This document shows positions 55,092 to 64,000 of a stretch of 64,000 nucleotides of DNA, piece by piece. Source of the stretch: Betaproteobacteria bacterium RIFCSPLOWO2_02_FULL_63_19 (GTDB lineage: Bacteria; Pseudomonadota; Gammaproteobacteria; Burkholderiales; SG8-39); NCBI GenBank assembly GCA_001770415.1, contig MEQX01000003.1, forward strand, positions 8,442 through 72,441, written 5' to 3'. A program made the position numbers and the translations under genes. Each line of letters begins with the position of its first letter. Within the stretch, counting starts at the first letter, position 1. A model generated the notes under the pieces. The model made no database searches. It was given only the letters and a program-made list of their open reading frames with translations, and was not told where the DNA came from.

Positions 55092-55757
55092 GTGGCCGGA
55101 GTGCGGGCGCGGGTCCGCAAGCGTACGAGTTCCGTGTTCCGGATTCCGGAGTTCTGGAGCAGAGCCAGGCGAAGCCTGTCACAGCGCGACCCGGTACTTG
55201 CCGGAATCATCCGTGCCCACCCTGCAGCGGCGTTGCGCGGGCGTGGTGACCCATTTCAGACGCTCGCGCGCTCGATCGTAGGGCAGCAAATCTCCGTCAA
55301 GGCAGCCGACAGCGTCTGGAGGCGATTTCTTGACGCCGTCGTAAAGGTGCGCCCTGCAGCCGTGCTGGGAACCGAAGTGCCGACGTTGCGCAACTGCGGC
55401 CTTTCGCAGCGCAAAGTCGAATATTTGATGGAGATCGCCAGGCAGTTTGCCAACGGAGCAGTCAACCCGGGCGAATGGGACACGCTCGATGACGAAACCG
55501 TGATCGAGCAGCTGGTCCGTGTTCGCGGGGTGGGTCGCTGGACTGCCGAGATGGTGCTCATTTTTGGGCTCTTGCGCCCGAATGTTCTGCCTCTGGATGA
55601 TCTTGGCCTGCAGCGCGCCGTGAGTCTGCAGTATTTCGCGGGCAGACGCGTATCGATGCGGACCATCGAAAAGCTGGCGCGCAACTGGCAGCCCTGGCGG
55701 TCGGTGGCAACATGGTATCTCTGGCGCAGCCTCGATCCGGTGCCCGTGGAATACTGA
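55092..55757 (+). CDS. DNA-3-methyladenine glycosylase II family (AlkA-like, HhH-GPD)
   Basis: Contains the HhH-GPD segment VRGVGRWTAEMVLIF...LPLDDLGLQRA. It has a GTG start. Confidence 0.8.
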   Translation: MAGVRARVRKRTSSVFRIPEFWSRARRSLSQRDPVLAGIIRAHPAAALRGRGDPFQTLARSIVGQQISVKAADSVWRRFLDAVVKVRPAAVLGTEVPTLRNCGLSQRKVEYLMEIARQFANGAVNPGEWDTLDDETVIEQLVRVRGVGRWTAEMVLIFGLLRPNVLPLDDLGLQRAVSLQYFAGRRVSMRTIEKLARNWQPWRSVATWYLWRSLDPVPVEY

Positions 55758-55878
55758 TCTCCCCGGTCAGCGGCGATAAGACACCCGTGTGCATAGCGGC
55801 CGATGCCGGCGATTGCGAACCGGGTGGGCTTCTGGCGACCGTCGGGTAGAATGAGCTGATGGAACAGCGGACTGCCCA

Positions 55879-56847
55879 ATGAAGACTGCGTTTCTCGATT
55901 TTGAGCAGCCGATCGCAGAACTCGAGGCCAAGATCGAGGAGCTGCGTTTTGCACAGGAAGCCTCGGCGGTGGACATCTCCGTCGAAATCCAGCGCCTGCA
56001 GAAGAAGATCCAGGCCGTCACCAAGGAGATTTACGCGAAGCTCACGCCGTGGCAAGTGGCGCAGGTGGCTCGCCACGCTCAGCGACCATATACGCTTGAT
56101 TACATTGACTTTATTTTCACAGATTTCGAGGAACTCCACGGCGACCGTTCGTTCGGCGAGGACCCGTCGATCGTCGGCGGTCTGGCGCGTTTCAACGGAC
56201 AGTCGGTCATGGTTATCGGGCACCAGAAGGGGCGCGACACCAAGGAAAAGATTCTGCGCAACTTCGGCATGCCGCGGCCCGAGGGTTACCGGAAGGCAAT
56301 GCGCCTGATGCGCTTGGCGGAGAAATTCGGCATTCCGGTCGTCACGTTCGTCGATACACCCGGCGCTTATCCGGGCATCGGAGCGGAGGAGCGCGGACAG
56401 TCCGAGGCGATCGGGCGCAATCTCTACGTCATGGCGGAACTGCAGGTGCCGATCGTTTGCACGGTGATCGGCGAAGGGGGCTCAGGCGGCGCGCTTGCGA
56501 TCGCTGTTGGTGACGTGGTCATGATGCTGCAGTATGCGACCTATTCGGTGATTTCTCCCGAGGGCTGCGCGTCGATTCTATGGAAGAGTTCGGAAAGGGC
56601 GCCGGAGGCGGCGGAGATCCTCGGTATCACCGCGACGCGACTCAAATCGCTGGCGCTAGTGGACAAGATCGTCAGTGAGCCGCTTGGCGGGGCTCACCGT
56701 GACCCGGCTGGAGCAGCGCAGAACCTGAAGAAGGCCCTGCAGGACGCCTTGCGGCAACTTTCCGATAAGGGCGCGACCAAGCTTGTCGAGGAACGCTTCG
56801 AGCGCCTGATGAGCTATGGCAAGTATCGGGAACTCGAACTCAAGTAG
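55879..56847 (+). CDS. accA: acetyl-CoA carboxylase carboxyltransferase subunit alpha
   Basis: Contains [36 protein letters not shown] and [10 protein letters not shown]. Confidence 0.95.
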   Translation: MKTAFLDFEQPIAELEAKIEELRFAQEASAVDISVEIQRLQKKIQAVTKEIYAKLTPWQVAQVARHAQRPYTLDYIDFIFTDFEELHGDRSFGEDPSIVGGLARFNGQSVMVIGHQKGRDTKEKILRNFGMPRPEGYRKAMRLMRLAEKFGIPVVTFVDTPGAYPGIGAEERGQSEAIGRNLYVMAELQVPIVCTVIGEGGSGGALAIAVGDVVMMLQYATYSVISPEGCASILWKSSERAPEAAEILGITATRLKSLALVDKIVSEPLGGAHRDPAGAAQNLKKALQDALRQLSDKGATKLVEERFERLMSYGKYRELELK

Positions 56848-58192
56848 CCTTCGCGATGGCGTCGCCGCAGCATTGCGCTCGGTCGTTTATCCGCGGGCGC
56901 GGCTGGTGGTCGGACTGTCGGGAGGCGCGGATTCGGTCGCGTTGCTCGCGATCCTCGCGGATTTGAAGCGAGCGATGGGTTACTCGCTGCGCGCCGTTCA
57001 CGTTCACCATGGGATCAGCCCGAACGCATCAGCCTGGGCGCAATTCTGCGTGGAGCTTTGCGATGGGCTGGGGGTGCCGCTTCATGTCGAACGCGTCAGT
57101 GTCGATGAGTACCGCCAGCTCGGTGTCGAGGGCGCGGCGCGGCATGTGCGCTACGCAGTGTATGCGCGCGAGGATGCCGATTTCGTCGTGCTTGCGCATC
57201 ATCGCGACGATCAGGCCGAGACGCTGCTGCTTCAGTTGTTGCGTGGTGCCGGTCCGCTTGGTATGGCAGGCATGCCGGCGGTGCGCGTTTTGACTGGATC
57301 GAAGGCGAGGATACTACGGCCACTGCTGGGATTTGCTCGTACCGATATCCGAGCCTGGGCGCGCGAGCGGGGTTTGAGGTGGATCGATGACGAGAGCAAC
57401 GACGACGCATCAAGACAGCGGAACTTTGTCCGTCATCGTCTGTTGCCGTTGGTCGAGGAACGATTCCCCGCGGCCCGCGCGACCTTGGCGCGGGCCGCAA
57501 TGCACCAGGCTGAGTCAGGAGCACTGACTGAGCAACTAGCGCGGATGGACAGGGATGAGTTGGCGAGCCCCGGCGAGGAGAACGACGTAGGAGTCGCGCA
57601 ATTGCGTCAGTTGGGGGCGATACGAGCGAAGAATGTGCTGCGATCACTGCTGCGTGCACGATCGATTCGCGCGCCGACGTCGGCACAACTCGACGAACTA
57701 TGGCGGCAGCTTGTCGATGCGCGCGCTGACCGTGCGGTCATGTTGCGCGTTGAGGGGTGGGAACTACGGTGTTACCGCGGCCGGATACGGGTCGAGCGTT
57801 CGCGCGCTCCGGTGCCCGCGGATTTTCAGCGGATCTGGAGAGCTGAAAACAAGCTCTTGCTACTCGAACTGGGCGGAGTGCTCCGGTTCAAGCCAGAAGA
57901 GGGCCGGGGGCTGAGCGCTGAGCGGCTCCGCGGGGCTGAGGTAACAGTGCGTGTGCGCGCGGGCGGGGAGCGGTTGCAGCAGGACGCGCGCCGGCCGCGG
58001 CGTACGCTTAAGAACCTTTTTCAGGAGAAGGCCATTCCTCCCTGGCAGCGGGAACGCTGGCCGCTGCTTTACTGCGGCGATCAGCTGATTTGTGTGCCCG
58101 GGATCGGCGAGAGCTATTCGTGGAAGGCACGGCGCGAGGAAGCAGGGCTGATCGTGAGCTGGCAGACGTTGGACGACGCGGGACGAAAATAA
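56816..58192 (+). CDS. tilS: tRNA(Ile)-lysidine synthase
   Basis: Contains the PP-loop SGGADS and the HHRDDQAET motif. It sits in the conserved position after accA. Confidence 0.9.
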   Translation: MASIGNSNSSSLRDGVAAALRSVVYPRARLVVGLSGGADSVALLAILADLKRAMGYSLRAVHVHHGISPNASAWAQFCVELCDGLGVPLHVERVSVDEYRQLGVEGAARHVRYAVYAREDADFVVLAHHRDDQAETLLLQLLRGAGPLGMAGMPAVRVLTGSKARILRPLLGFARTDIRAWARERGLRWIDDESNDDASRQRNFVRHRLLPLVEERFPAARATLARAAMHQAESGALTEQLARMDRDELASPGEENDVGVAQLRQLGAIRAKNVLRSLLRARSIRAPTSAQLDELWRQLVDARADRAVMLRVEGWELRCYRGRIRVERSRAPVPADFQRIWRAENKLLLLELGGVLRFKPEEGRGLSAERLRGAEVTVRVRAGGERLQQDARRPRRTLKNLFQEKAIPPWQRERWPLLYCGDQLICVPGIGESYSWKARREEAGLIVSWQTLDDAGRK

Positions 58193-58215
58193 GAACGCCC
58201 TAAGGCCAAGCCGCG

Positions 58216-59613
58216 TCAAGCTTGCATCACCGTTTCCTGCATCGAATTGAAAACGACACGCACGCAGGTTCCGGTGCCGGAAGACGCGTCCTTGATCTCG
58301 ACGCTCGCGGCATGCCTGTCCGCGATTTCCGCGACTATCGAAAGACCCAGTCCGCAGCCTTCGCCACCAGTGCCGCGGATTCTGTAGAAACGCTCGAAGA
58401 CGCGCGCGCGTTCGGACTCCGGAATTCCTCTTCCATTGTCTTCCACCTCAAGGATCGACTTGGAACCGTGCGTATACGTGCGAAAAGTGATCGCGCCGCC
58501 CGAATCCGTGTACGCGATTGCGTTGTCGAGCAGATTGCCGAGCAACTCCCGGAGAAGCGTCGCGTCTCCGTCGATCCATGCGTCTCCCATGTCGAAGCCA
58601 AGGTCGATATCCTTCGCGAGCGCGCGTGGAATCCAGAAATGCGTCGCGTGGTCCACAAGCTCGCGAAGATTGATCGGATTTCTGCAGGGCGTGTGGCCGA
58701 CTCCCGGCTCCGCGCGTGCGAGAGCAAGCAACTGGTTGACCAAACGCGTTGCGCGTTCGGTCTCGCCGGCGATGATGTCCAACAATGCGCGTATCTCGTT
58801 CGGATTCGCTTCATCACGGGCGAGCTCCGCGTGGGTCTTGAGTCCGGCGAGCGGCGTGCGAAGTTGATGGGCGGCATTGGCAATAAAGCGTCTTTGTCTA
58901 TCGATGGCGCCGTCGAGACGGTTGAACAAATTATTCAGGGTTCTCACCAGCGACCTGATCTCTTTCGGCGTGTCGTTTTCGTTTACGGGATGAAGGTCGG
59001 CAGCAGAACGCGAATCGATTTCCTCGCGTAGGCGCTCCAGCGGCTTGAGCCCCCGCAAGATTCCGTACCCGAGCATTAGCATGGCCAGGAGGAAGAAAAT
59101 CGCTTCGGGAATCAGCGTGGACAGCAAAAGATCCCTGACCAGCCGATCGCGCTTCTCGACGGTTTCCGCGACCTGTACCAGCACTCGGCCGCCCGAGCGG
59201 GGGACCCCCAGCACGGCGACTCTGACGCGCCTTCCTTCGATAACGCTGTCGTAGTAGTTGTGATCGTAGGCAAGTTCCGGGTACATGTTCGGGGGCAGCG
59301 CAATGTGCGCGGTTCCCGCGATTCTTCGGCCGCTGCGCCCCATTACCTGGAAATACATGCGGTCGACGCTGTCTACACGCAGCGCTTCGAGCGCGATTTT
59401 CGATAGACCGATCTCGATATTGCCTTCGCGGTCACGGCGCAACTGGCTTGCGATGGCGAGCGCGGGGTCTAGAAGCGCGCTGTCATAGGCGTCCCGCGCG
59501 GCTCGGACCGCAGTGAGATAGGCAGACCAGGCGCTGAGCGCGGCGAGGGCGATCAGCGGCCAGATAAGCCAGCGCCCGAGCAGTTTCCTTATACTACGAT
59601 GCTCGCCGCCCAT
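58216..59613 (-). CDS. two-component sensor histidine kinase (QseC/TctE-like)
   Basis: Two TM segments, the H-box AAHQLRTPL, the N-box LLDNAI, G1 DNGRGI and G2 GCGLGL. Confidence 0.85.
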   Translation of the reverse strand: MGGEHRSIRKLLGRWLIWPLIALAALSAWSAYLTAVRAARDAYDSALLDPALAIASQLRRDREGNIEIGLSKIALEALRVDSVDRMYFQVMGRSGRRIAGTAHIALPPNMYPELAYDHNYYDSVIEGRRVRVAVLGVPRSGGRVLVQVAETVEKRDRLVRDLLLSTLIPEAIFFLLAMLMLGYGILRGLKPLERLREEIDSRSAADLHPVNENDTPKEIRSLVRTLNNLFNRLDGAIDRQRRFIANAAHQLRTPLAGLKTHAELARDEANPNEIRALLDIIAGETERATRLVNQLLALARAEPGVGHTPCRNPINLRELVDHATHFWIPRALAKDIDLGFDMGDAWIDGDATLLRELLGNLLDNAIAYTDSGGAITFRTYTHGSKSILEVEDNGRGIPESERARVFERFYRIRGTGGEGCGLGLSIVAEIADRHAASVEIKDASSGTGTCVRVVFNSMQETVMQA

Positions 59614-60277
59614 CCGGGTCTTCGACCATGTAGCCGAAGCCGCGTACGGTCCGGATCCTAATGCCCGCCTCCTCCAGCTTGCCCCTCAGGCGTGAAACAT
59701 AGACTTCGATCGCATTGGGAGTCAGTGAGACGTCCCAACTGCACAGCGCTTGCAGCATCTGATCTTTGCTGACCACCTGGCCCGCGCGCGGGATCAGATA
59801 TTCGAGCACTCCCCACTCGCGCGGCGTCAACTCAAGTTCCTTTTCGCCGATATACGCTCGACGCGCCTTGGCGTTGAGCGACAGGCCACCGATGCGCATC
59901 GTCGGACCGTGCACTGCCTGGCTGCGTCGCAGCACGGCGCGCACGCGCGCTTCCAACTCGGGCAGGGAAAACGGTTTAGTAACGTAGTCATCGGCACCCA
60001 GGTCCAGTCCGCTCACGCGGTCGGTTTCGGCACCGCTCGCGGTAAGGACAAGAATGCTTCCGACGCTGTTGTCTTCACGCAGCTGTTTTAGGACCTCGAA
60101 TCCATCGATGCCGGGCAGACCGATATCGAGCACGACCAGATCGTAATGCTCCTCTTTGCATGCTCGCAGTGCGAGTTCGCCGGTTCCGGCGTGATCCACG
60201 GCGTAGCCGGAGCGGCGCAGTGTGCGCAACAGACCGTCGGCCAAGGGCTTGTCATCTTCGACAATGAGAATGCGCAT
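59594..60277 (-). CDS. OmpR/PhoB-family response regulator
   Basis: REC domain (MRILIVEDD, LVVLDIGLPGIDG) with a winged-helix C-terminus (RTVRGFGY). Confidence 0.9.
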   Translation of the reverse strand: MRILIVEDDKPLADGLLRTLRRSGYAVDHAGTGELALRACKEEHYDLVVLDIGLPGIDGFEVLKQLREDNSVGSILVLTASGAETDRVSGLDLGADDYVTKPFSLPELEARVRAVLRRSQAVHGPTMRIGGLSLNAKARRAYIGEKELELTPREWGVLEYLIPRAGQVVSKDQMLQALCSWDVSLTPNAIEVYVSRLRGKLEEAGIRIRTVRGFGYMVEDPDGRRAS

Positions 60278-60642
60278 GCCAACCTACTGATCGAATTGAT
60301 TATTCAGCATATCATGCGGCGCCGATTTTCGGGTGCGTGATTACGCGGCTGCCGAAAAAAAGAGAGCGTGGGAGCACGAAGGACTCCCACGCTTTCAGAG
60401 GAGGATAAGAGACTACCTGCGCACATTACGTCTTGAAAGCTTGCAAACACCTGACAAGTTGCTTACATCGGGCTGACTTCGGCGGAGCGGGGCTGGGAGG
60501 TACGCATCGCGCCCGAGACCGAGCTCTGACGCAGCGCGCTCGCACATTTCGGTCCCACAAACGACGACATGGGCGCAAATCCTTGATAAAATGGAAAATT
60601 ACGCGATCGCTTTGCACCCTGTCAGACATTGGAGATCCACGC

Positions 60643-61068
60643 ATGGCCGCAGAACAAACCCTGTCCATCATAAAGCCCGACGCGGTGGCGAAAAACGTGA
60701 TCGGACAGATCTACGCGCGTCTCGAAGCCGCCGGACTACGGATCGTGGCGGCCCGGATGATGCGCCTGTCAGAATCACAGGCGGAGGGCTTTTATGCGGT
60801 CCATCGTGAACGACCTTTTTTCCGGGACCTAGTGAAATTCATGATCTCGGGTCCTGTCATGATCCAGGTTCTCGAAGGGGAAGACGCGATAGCAGAATAT
60901 CGCGATCTCATGGGCGCGACCGATCCCAAGAAAGCGGCCAAGGGCACGATTCGGTCGGATTTTGCCGCGTCGATCGATGCAAACGCGGTCCATGGATCGG
61001 ACGCGCCGGAAACGGCGCGCACCGAGATTGCGTATTTCTTTCCCAGCTTCGAAATTCTGTCGCGCTAG
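60643..61068 (+). CDS. ndk: nucleoside-diphosphate kinase
   Basis: Contains [10 protein letters not shown] and the NAVHGSD active-site His. The protein is 141 aa. Confidence 0.95.
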   Translation: MAAEQTLSIIKPDAVAKNVIGQIYARLEAAGLRIVAARMMRLSESQAEGFYAVHRERPFFRDLVKFMISGPVMIQVLEGEDAIAEYRDLMGATDPKKAAKGTIRSDFAASIDANAVHGSDAPETARTEIAYFFPSFEILSR

Positions 61069-61079
61069 AGTTGGTTTCG

Positions 61080-62258
61080 ATGTCCGTCAATCTTCTCGGT
61101 TTGGACGCGCAGGCGCTGCAAGCGTTTGTCGTCGAGATAGGCGAGAAGCCGTTTCGCGCCAGACAGCTCATGCGTTGGGTGCACGGTACCGGGGAGAGCA
61201 GTTTCGCCGACATGACCGACCTGGCTAAGAGCCTGCGCGCGGCGCTGCAACACCGGGCAGTGGTGGTCGCACCGCGTGTTATCAGCGACCGCGTGTCCGA
61301 GGACGGCACGCGCAAGTGGCTGCTGGACGTGGGCAACGGCAACGCGGTGGAAACCGTGTTCATTCCGGAGCCGAGCCGCGGCACGTTGTGCGTTTCGACA
61401 CAGGCCGGCTGCACTCTCGCCTGTGAGTTTTGTTCGACGGGCAAACAGGGATTCAACCGCAATCTCACCACGGCGGAGATCGTCGGCCAGCTATGGCTTG
61501 CAAATCGAACCCTGAGGGTTGCGCCGCCGGGTGATCCCGAGACCCGCGGAGACGTGGACGCAGGTCCGCGCCACCTCGAACGCAACGAGGCACCCAAAGA
61601 ACGTGGTGGCGACGTGCGCGTCGCCTGCGGGGACCGCGCGGTGAGCAACGTCGTGCTCATGGGCATGGGTGAGCCGCTGCTGAATTTCGACAACGTTGTC
61701 CCGTCGCTGCGGCTGATGCTCGATGACAACGCTTACGGGTTGTCGCGCCGGCGGGTGACGGTGTCCACTTCGGGTGTCGTTCCGCTCATCGACAGGTTGC
61801 GCGACGAATGTCCGGTGGCCCTGGCCGTGTCGCTGCATGCGCCGAATGATCCGTTACGCGATCAACTGATGCCTATCAACCGAAAATATCCACTGCGCGA
61901 ACTGCTTGACGCATGCATCAGGTATCTCGGGCGCTCGCCGCGCGATTTCATTACATTTGAATATGTCATGCTCGCCGGGGTGAACGACGGCAGGCAACAT
62001 GCAACGCAACTGATTGCGCTGTTGGCCGGAGTACCGGGCAAAGTCAATCTGATACCGTTCAACCCGTTCCCCGGCGCGCGATTCCAGCGCTCGCCGCACG
62101 AGGCGATACGCCGCTTCAGTGACTATTTGAACTCTGCAGGGATTGTGACGACAACGCGCAGGACCCGAGGCGATGATATTGATGCGGCATGCGGTCAACT
62201 TGCCGGGCAGGTTCGTGACCGAACACGGCGGATAATCAGGATGGAGGCGGCAGGATGA
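61080..62258 (+). CDS. rlmN: 23S rRNA/tRNA (adenine-C2)-methyltransferase, radical SAM
   Basis: Contains [11 protein letters not shown], the radical-SAM motif [11 protein letters not shown], plus MGMGEPL and [13 protein letters not shown] chose the ATG at 61080 (the TTG at 61071 is also possible). Confidence 0.95.
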   Translation: MSVNLLGLDAQALQAFVVEIGEKPFRARQLMRWVHGTGESSFADMTDLAKSLRAALQHRAVVVAPRVISDRVSEDGTRKWLLDVGNGNAVETVFIPEPSRGTLCVSTQAGCTLACEFCSTGKQGFNRNLTTAEIVGQLWLANRTLRVAPPGDPETRGDVDAGPRHLERNEAPKERGGDVRVACGDRAVSNVVLMGMGEPLLNFDNVVPSLRLMLDDNAYGLSRRRVTVSTSGVVPLIDRLRDECPVALAVSLHAPNDPLRDQLMPINRKYPLRELLDACIRYLGRSPRDFITFEYVMLAGVNDGRQHATQLIALLAGVPGKVNLIPFNPFPGARFQRSPHEAIRRFSDYLNSAGIVTTTRRTRGDDIDAACGQLAGQVRDRTRRIIRMEAAG

Positions 62259-63076
62259 GTTTTCGATACCAATGGCTTGGGATTGTCTTTTTGCCCGTCT
62301 TGCTCAGCGGTTGCGCGGGGTCGCCCACCATTGCCGACAGCGTGGCGATGGAGACCGCCGTCAGCACCGCGAACGAATCGGGTGTCATTATCGGAGAAGT
62401 AAGTGCACCGCGCGATCGTGCGCGCGTGCACACCGAGCTCGCGGCCGCCTATTACGAGCGCGGGAATCTCGGCGTGGCGCTCGAAGAATCGCGAATCGCG
62501 ATCACGGCGGATTCCGACTATGCGTTGGCCTACAACATACTCGGGCTCGTGCATCTGGACCTGAAAGAGCTACCTCAGGCACAGCAGAGTTTCGAGCGCG
62601 CGCTGCAGTTGGCGCCGAACGATCCGGATATCAACCATAACTACGGCTGGTTCCTGTGCCAATCCAACCGCGAGGAGCAGTCGCTCAGATATTTCCTCAC
62701 AGCAATCAAGAACCCGCTTTATCGGACGCCGCAGAAATCGTACGCGCTAGCGGGCGCATGCGCGCAGCGCAAAGGCAATCAGAGCGCGGCGCGTGACTAC
62801 TTCGAGCGGGCGCTGAAACTCGACCCCAACCTACCCCTTGCGCTCGTCAATCTTGCCAAGATCAAGTACCGGGTGGGGGAACTCGTCGCAGCCCGCGACC
62901 TTGTCGGTCGCTATAACAGCATCGTCGAGCCGACCGCCGAGTCGTTGTGGCTCGCGTTGCGCATTCAGCGTCGGCTCGGTGAGCGAAGTGCGGAAGCCCG
63001 ATTGGCAGCGGAACTGGGGAGGCGGTTTCCCGGTTCGAAGGAACACGAGGCTTTGGTTGGGGGCCGCTACGAGTGA
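62255..63076 (+). CDS. pilW: type IV pilus biogenesis/stability TPR lipoprotein PilW
   Basis: It has a lipobox (LLSGC) and TPR repeats. It sits in the conserved position between rlmN and rodZ. Confidence 0.75.
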   Translation: MSFRYQWLGIVFLPVLLSGCAGSPTIADSVAMETAVSTANESGVIIGEVSAPRDRARVHTELAAAYYERGNLGVALEESRIAITADSDYALAYNILGLVHLDLKELPQAQQSFERALQLAPNDPDINHNYGWFLCQSNREEQSLRYFLTAIKNPLYRTPQKSYALAGACAQRKGNQSAARDYFERALKLDPNLPLALVNLAKIKYRVGELVAARDLVGRYNSIVEPTAESLWLALRIQRRLGERSAEARLAAELGRRFPGSKEHEALVGGRYE

Positions 63077-63951
63077 GCGAACTACCCGTGCAACCGCAGG
63101 AAGGCGAGAATATCGGCCCCGGTGCCATGCTCGCGCGCGCCCGCGCAGAGCGGGGGCTCAATATTGCCGAGGTCGCGGAGCACATCAAGTACAGGATAAG
63201 GCAAATCGAGGCGCTCGAAGCCGACGACTACAGAAGGCTGCCGGAGAGCACTATCGTGCGCGGCATGATTCGCGGTTACGTGAAATTTGTCGGATTGGAT
63301 CCCGCGCCGTTTCTGAAAGCTCTCGATCGCTACATGGTTCCCACCCAGGCGAACGTCGATTTGCGGACGCGGCGAATCCCCTTTCCAGATGGAAACAAGC
63401 GCGCGACACGCCTCTACGTTGCGCTTTCGATCATTGTGCTGCTGGCAATCATCGTGGTTCTATACGAATGGCATTTTTCGGTCCTGCCGCCTCCCACGGT
63501 CGTTAGTGCTCCTCCGACGCGAGCGGCGCCGGCACCGGCAATTCCGGCAAGGGCCAGTACTGTGGTTTCAGCGGCTCCCACAAAGCCCGCGATGCCCGCG
63601 GGAGCGCTCACCCCCGCGGCTCCCGCTAGGCCGCTCGTGCCTGCGGCGCCAGTCATGGCTGAGGCGCCGGTTGCGACACCGTCCGCCGAAGCGGTTATGC
63701 CGAGTACGGACGGGATGCCGCGTATCCAGTTCCAGTTTCAGCGCGAGTCCTGGGTGGAAATCAAGGATCGCGCTGGCAAGATCCTGCTTTCGCAGCTTAA
63801 TTCGGCCGGTACGCAGAAGGTTGTGGAAGGCGAACCCCCGTTTTCAGTCACTATAGGCAACGCCGCAGGGGTCCGTGTCACGTACAAGGGCGTACCGGTG
63901 GACTTGAAGCAACACATGAAGTCCGACGTCGCGCGGTTGACGCTTGAATAA
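63073..63951 (+). CDS. rodZ: cytoskeleton protein RodZ (HTH + TM + Pro/Ala-rich linker + C-terminal domain)
   Basis: N-terminal HTH (LARARAERGLNIAEVAEHIKYRIRQIEALE), a single TM segment, a PA-rich linker and synteny. Confidence 0.75.
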   Translation: MSELPVQPQEGENIGPGAMLARARAERGLNIAEVAEHIKYRIRQIEALEADDYRRLPESTIVRGMIRGYVKFVGLDPAPFLKALDRYMVPTQANVDLRTRRIPFPDGNKRATRLYVALSIIVLLAIIVVLYEWHFSVLPPPTVVSAPPTRAAPAPAIPARASTVVSAAPTKPAMPAGALTPAAPARPLVPAAPVMAEAPVATPSAEAVMPSTDGMPRIQFQFQRESWVEIKDRAGKILLSQLNSAGTQKVVEGEPPFSVTIGNAAGVRVTYKGVPVDLKQHMKSDVARLTLE

Positions 63952-63952
63952 C

Positions 63953-64000
63953 ATGGCTGACAGCAAAATCGAGCGACGCGCGACGCGTCAGGTTCGTGTT
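63953..64000 (+). CDS. ispG: 5' end of 4-hydroxy-3-methylbut-2-enyl-diphosphate synthase (truncated by the window end)
   Basis: Only 16 codons are visible (MADSKIERRATRQVRV). The RR.TRQV pattern and the position after rodZ fit ispG. Confidence 0.5.
   Translation, partial: MADSKIERRATRQVRV

Noticed and set aside
61500-61650. An extra segment of about 30 aa in RlmN between the radical-SAM motif region and MGMGEPL, relative to E. coli RlmN.
   Set aside because: This loop is variable in length among proteobacterial RlmN proteins as far as I recall. The catalytic motifs are intact, so it is probably lineage-specific variation rather than a novel feature.
1-64000. A search for CRISPR arrays, transposases or integrases, rRNA/tRNA genes, and long direct or tandem repeats.
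   Set aside because: I could not find any by eye in either strand or in the six-frame track. A short or degenerate element could have escaped visual inspection, so a proper repeat, tRNA and IS scan would be needed to exclude them.

Overview
High-G+C proteobacterial chromosome segment with about 60 genes. Bug/TctC-type binding proteins and the ndk-rlmN-pilW-rodZ-ispG block suggest a betaproteobacterium, but this is inference only. Most of the window is ordinary metabolism and transport: a TctABC tricarboxylate transporter, a YbdK ligase with a C26 amidotransferase, a CPA2 antiporter, an ornithine-cyclodeaminase-family enzyme, a TPP enzyme, and a RelE/RHH toxin-antitoxin pair. It also holds a persulfide-dioxygenase-rhodanese fusion interrupted by a +1 frameshift in a G7 run, two complete Liv-type ABC uptake systems, and PFOR (nifJ) translationally coupled to a DHOD-like flavoprotein. 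The remaining genes are a quinone oxidoreductase, a crotonase-superfamily (possibly DpgC-like) enzyme, a DksA-like protein, thioredoxin-TPR, an HNH nuclease, an AlkA-like glycosylase, accA, tilS and an OmpR-type two-component pair. The stand-out is a block of roughly 12.7 kb (about 31.15-43.99 kb) that is visibly less G+C-rich than its flanks. It opens with a near-consensus sigma-54 promoter and a lone receiver protein. It then encodes a membrane-anchored receiver fused to a non-lipoylatable GcvH-like domain, a 5-haem c3-type cytochrome, a Tat-exported 4x[4Fe-4S] protein, an NrfD-like quinone-interacting membrane subunit and a small TM protein. Next come a histidine kinase with CXXCH and CX4CH motifs in its periplasmic loop and a Cys-rich insertion of about 130 aa in its ATPase domain, then a membrane-anchored 9-haem cytochrome c and a b-type cytochrome. 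A paralogous haem-motif kinase and an NtrC-type sigma-54 activator are encoded convergently. I read this as a horizontally acquired, self-regulated periplasm-to-quinone-pool electron-transfer system of Geobacter/Desulfovibrio style (Cbc/Hmc/Nhc-like) with novel regulatory domain fusions. I found no rRNA, tRNA, CRISPR array, transposase or integrase.
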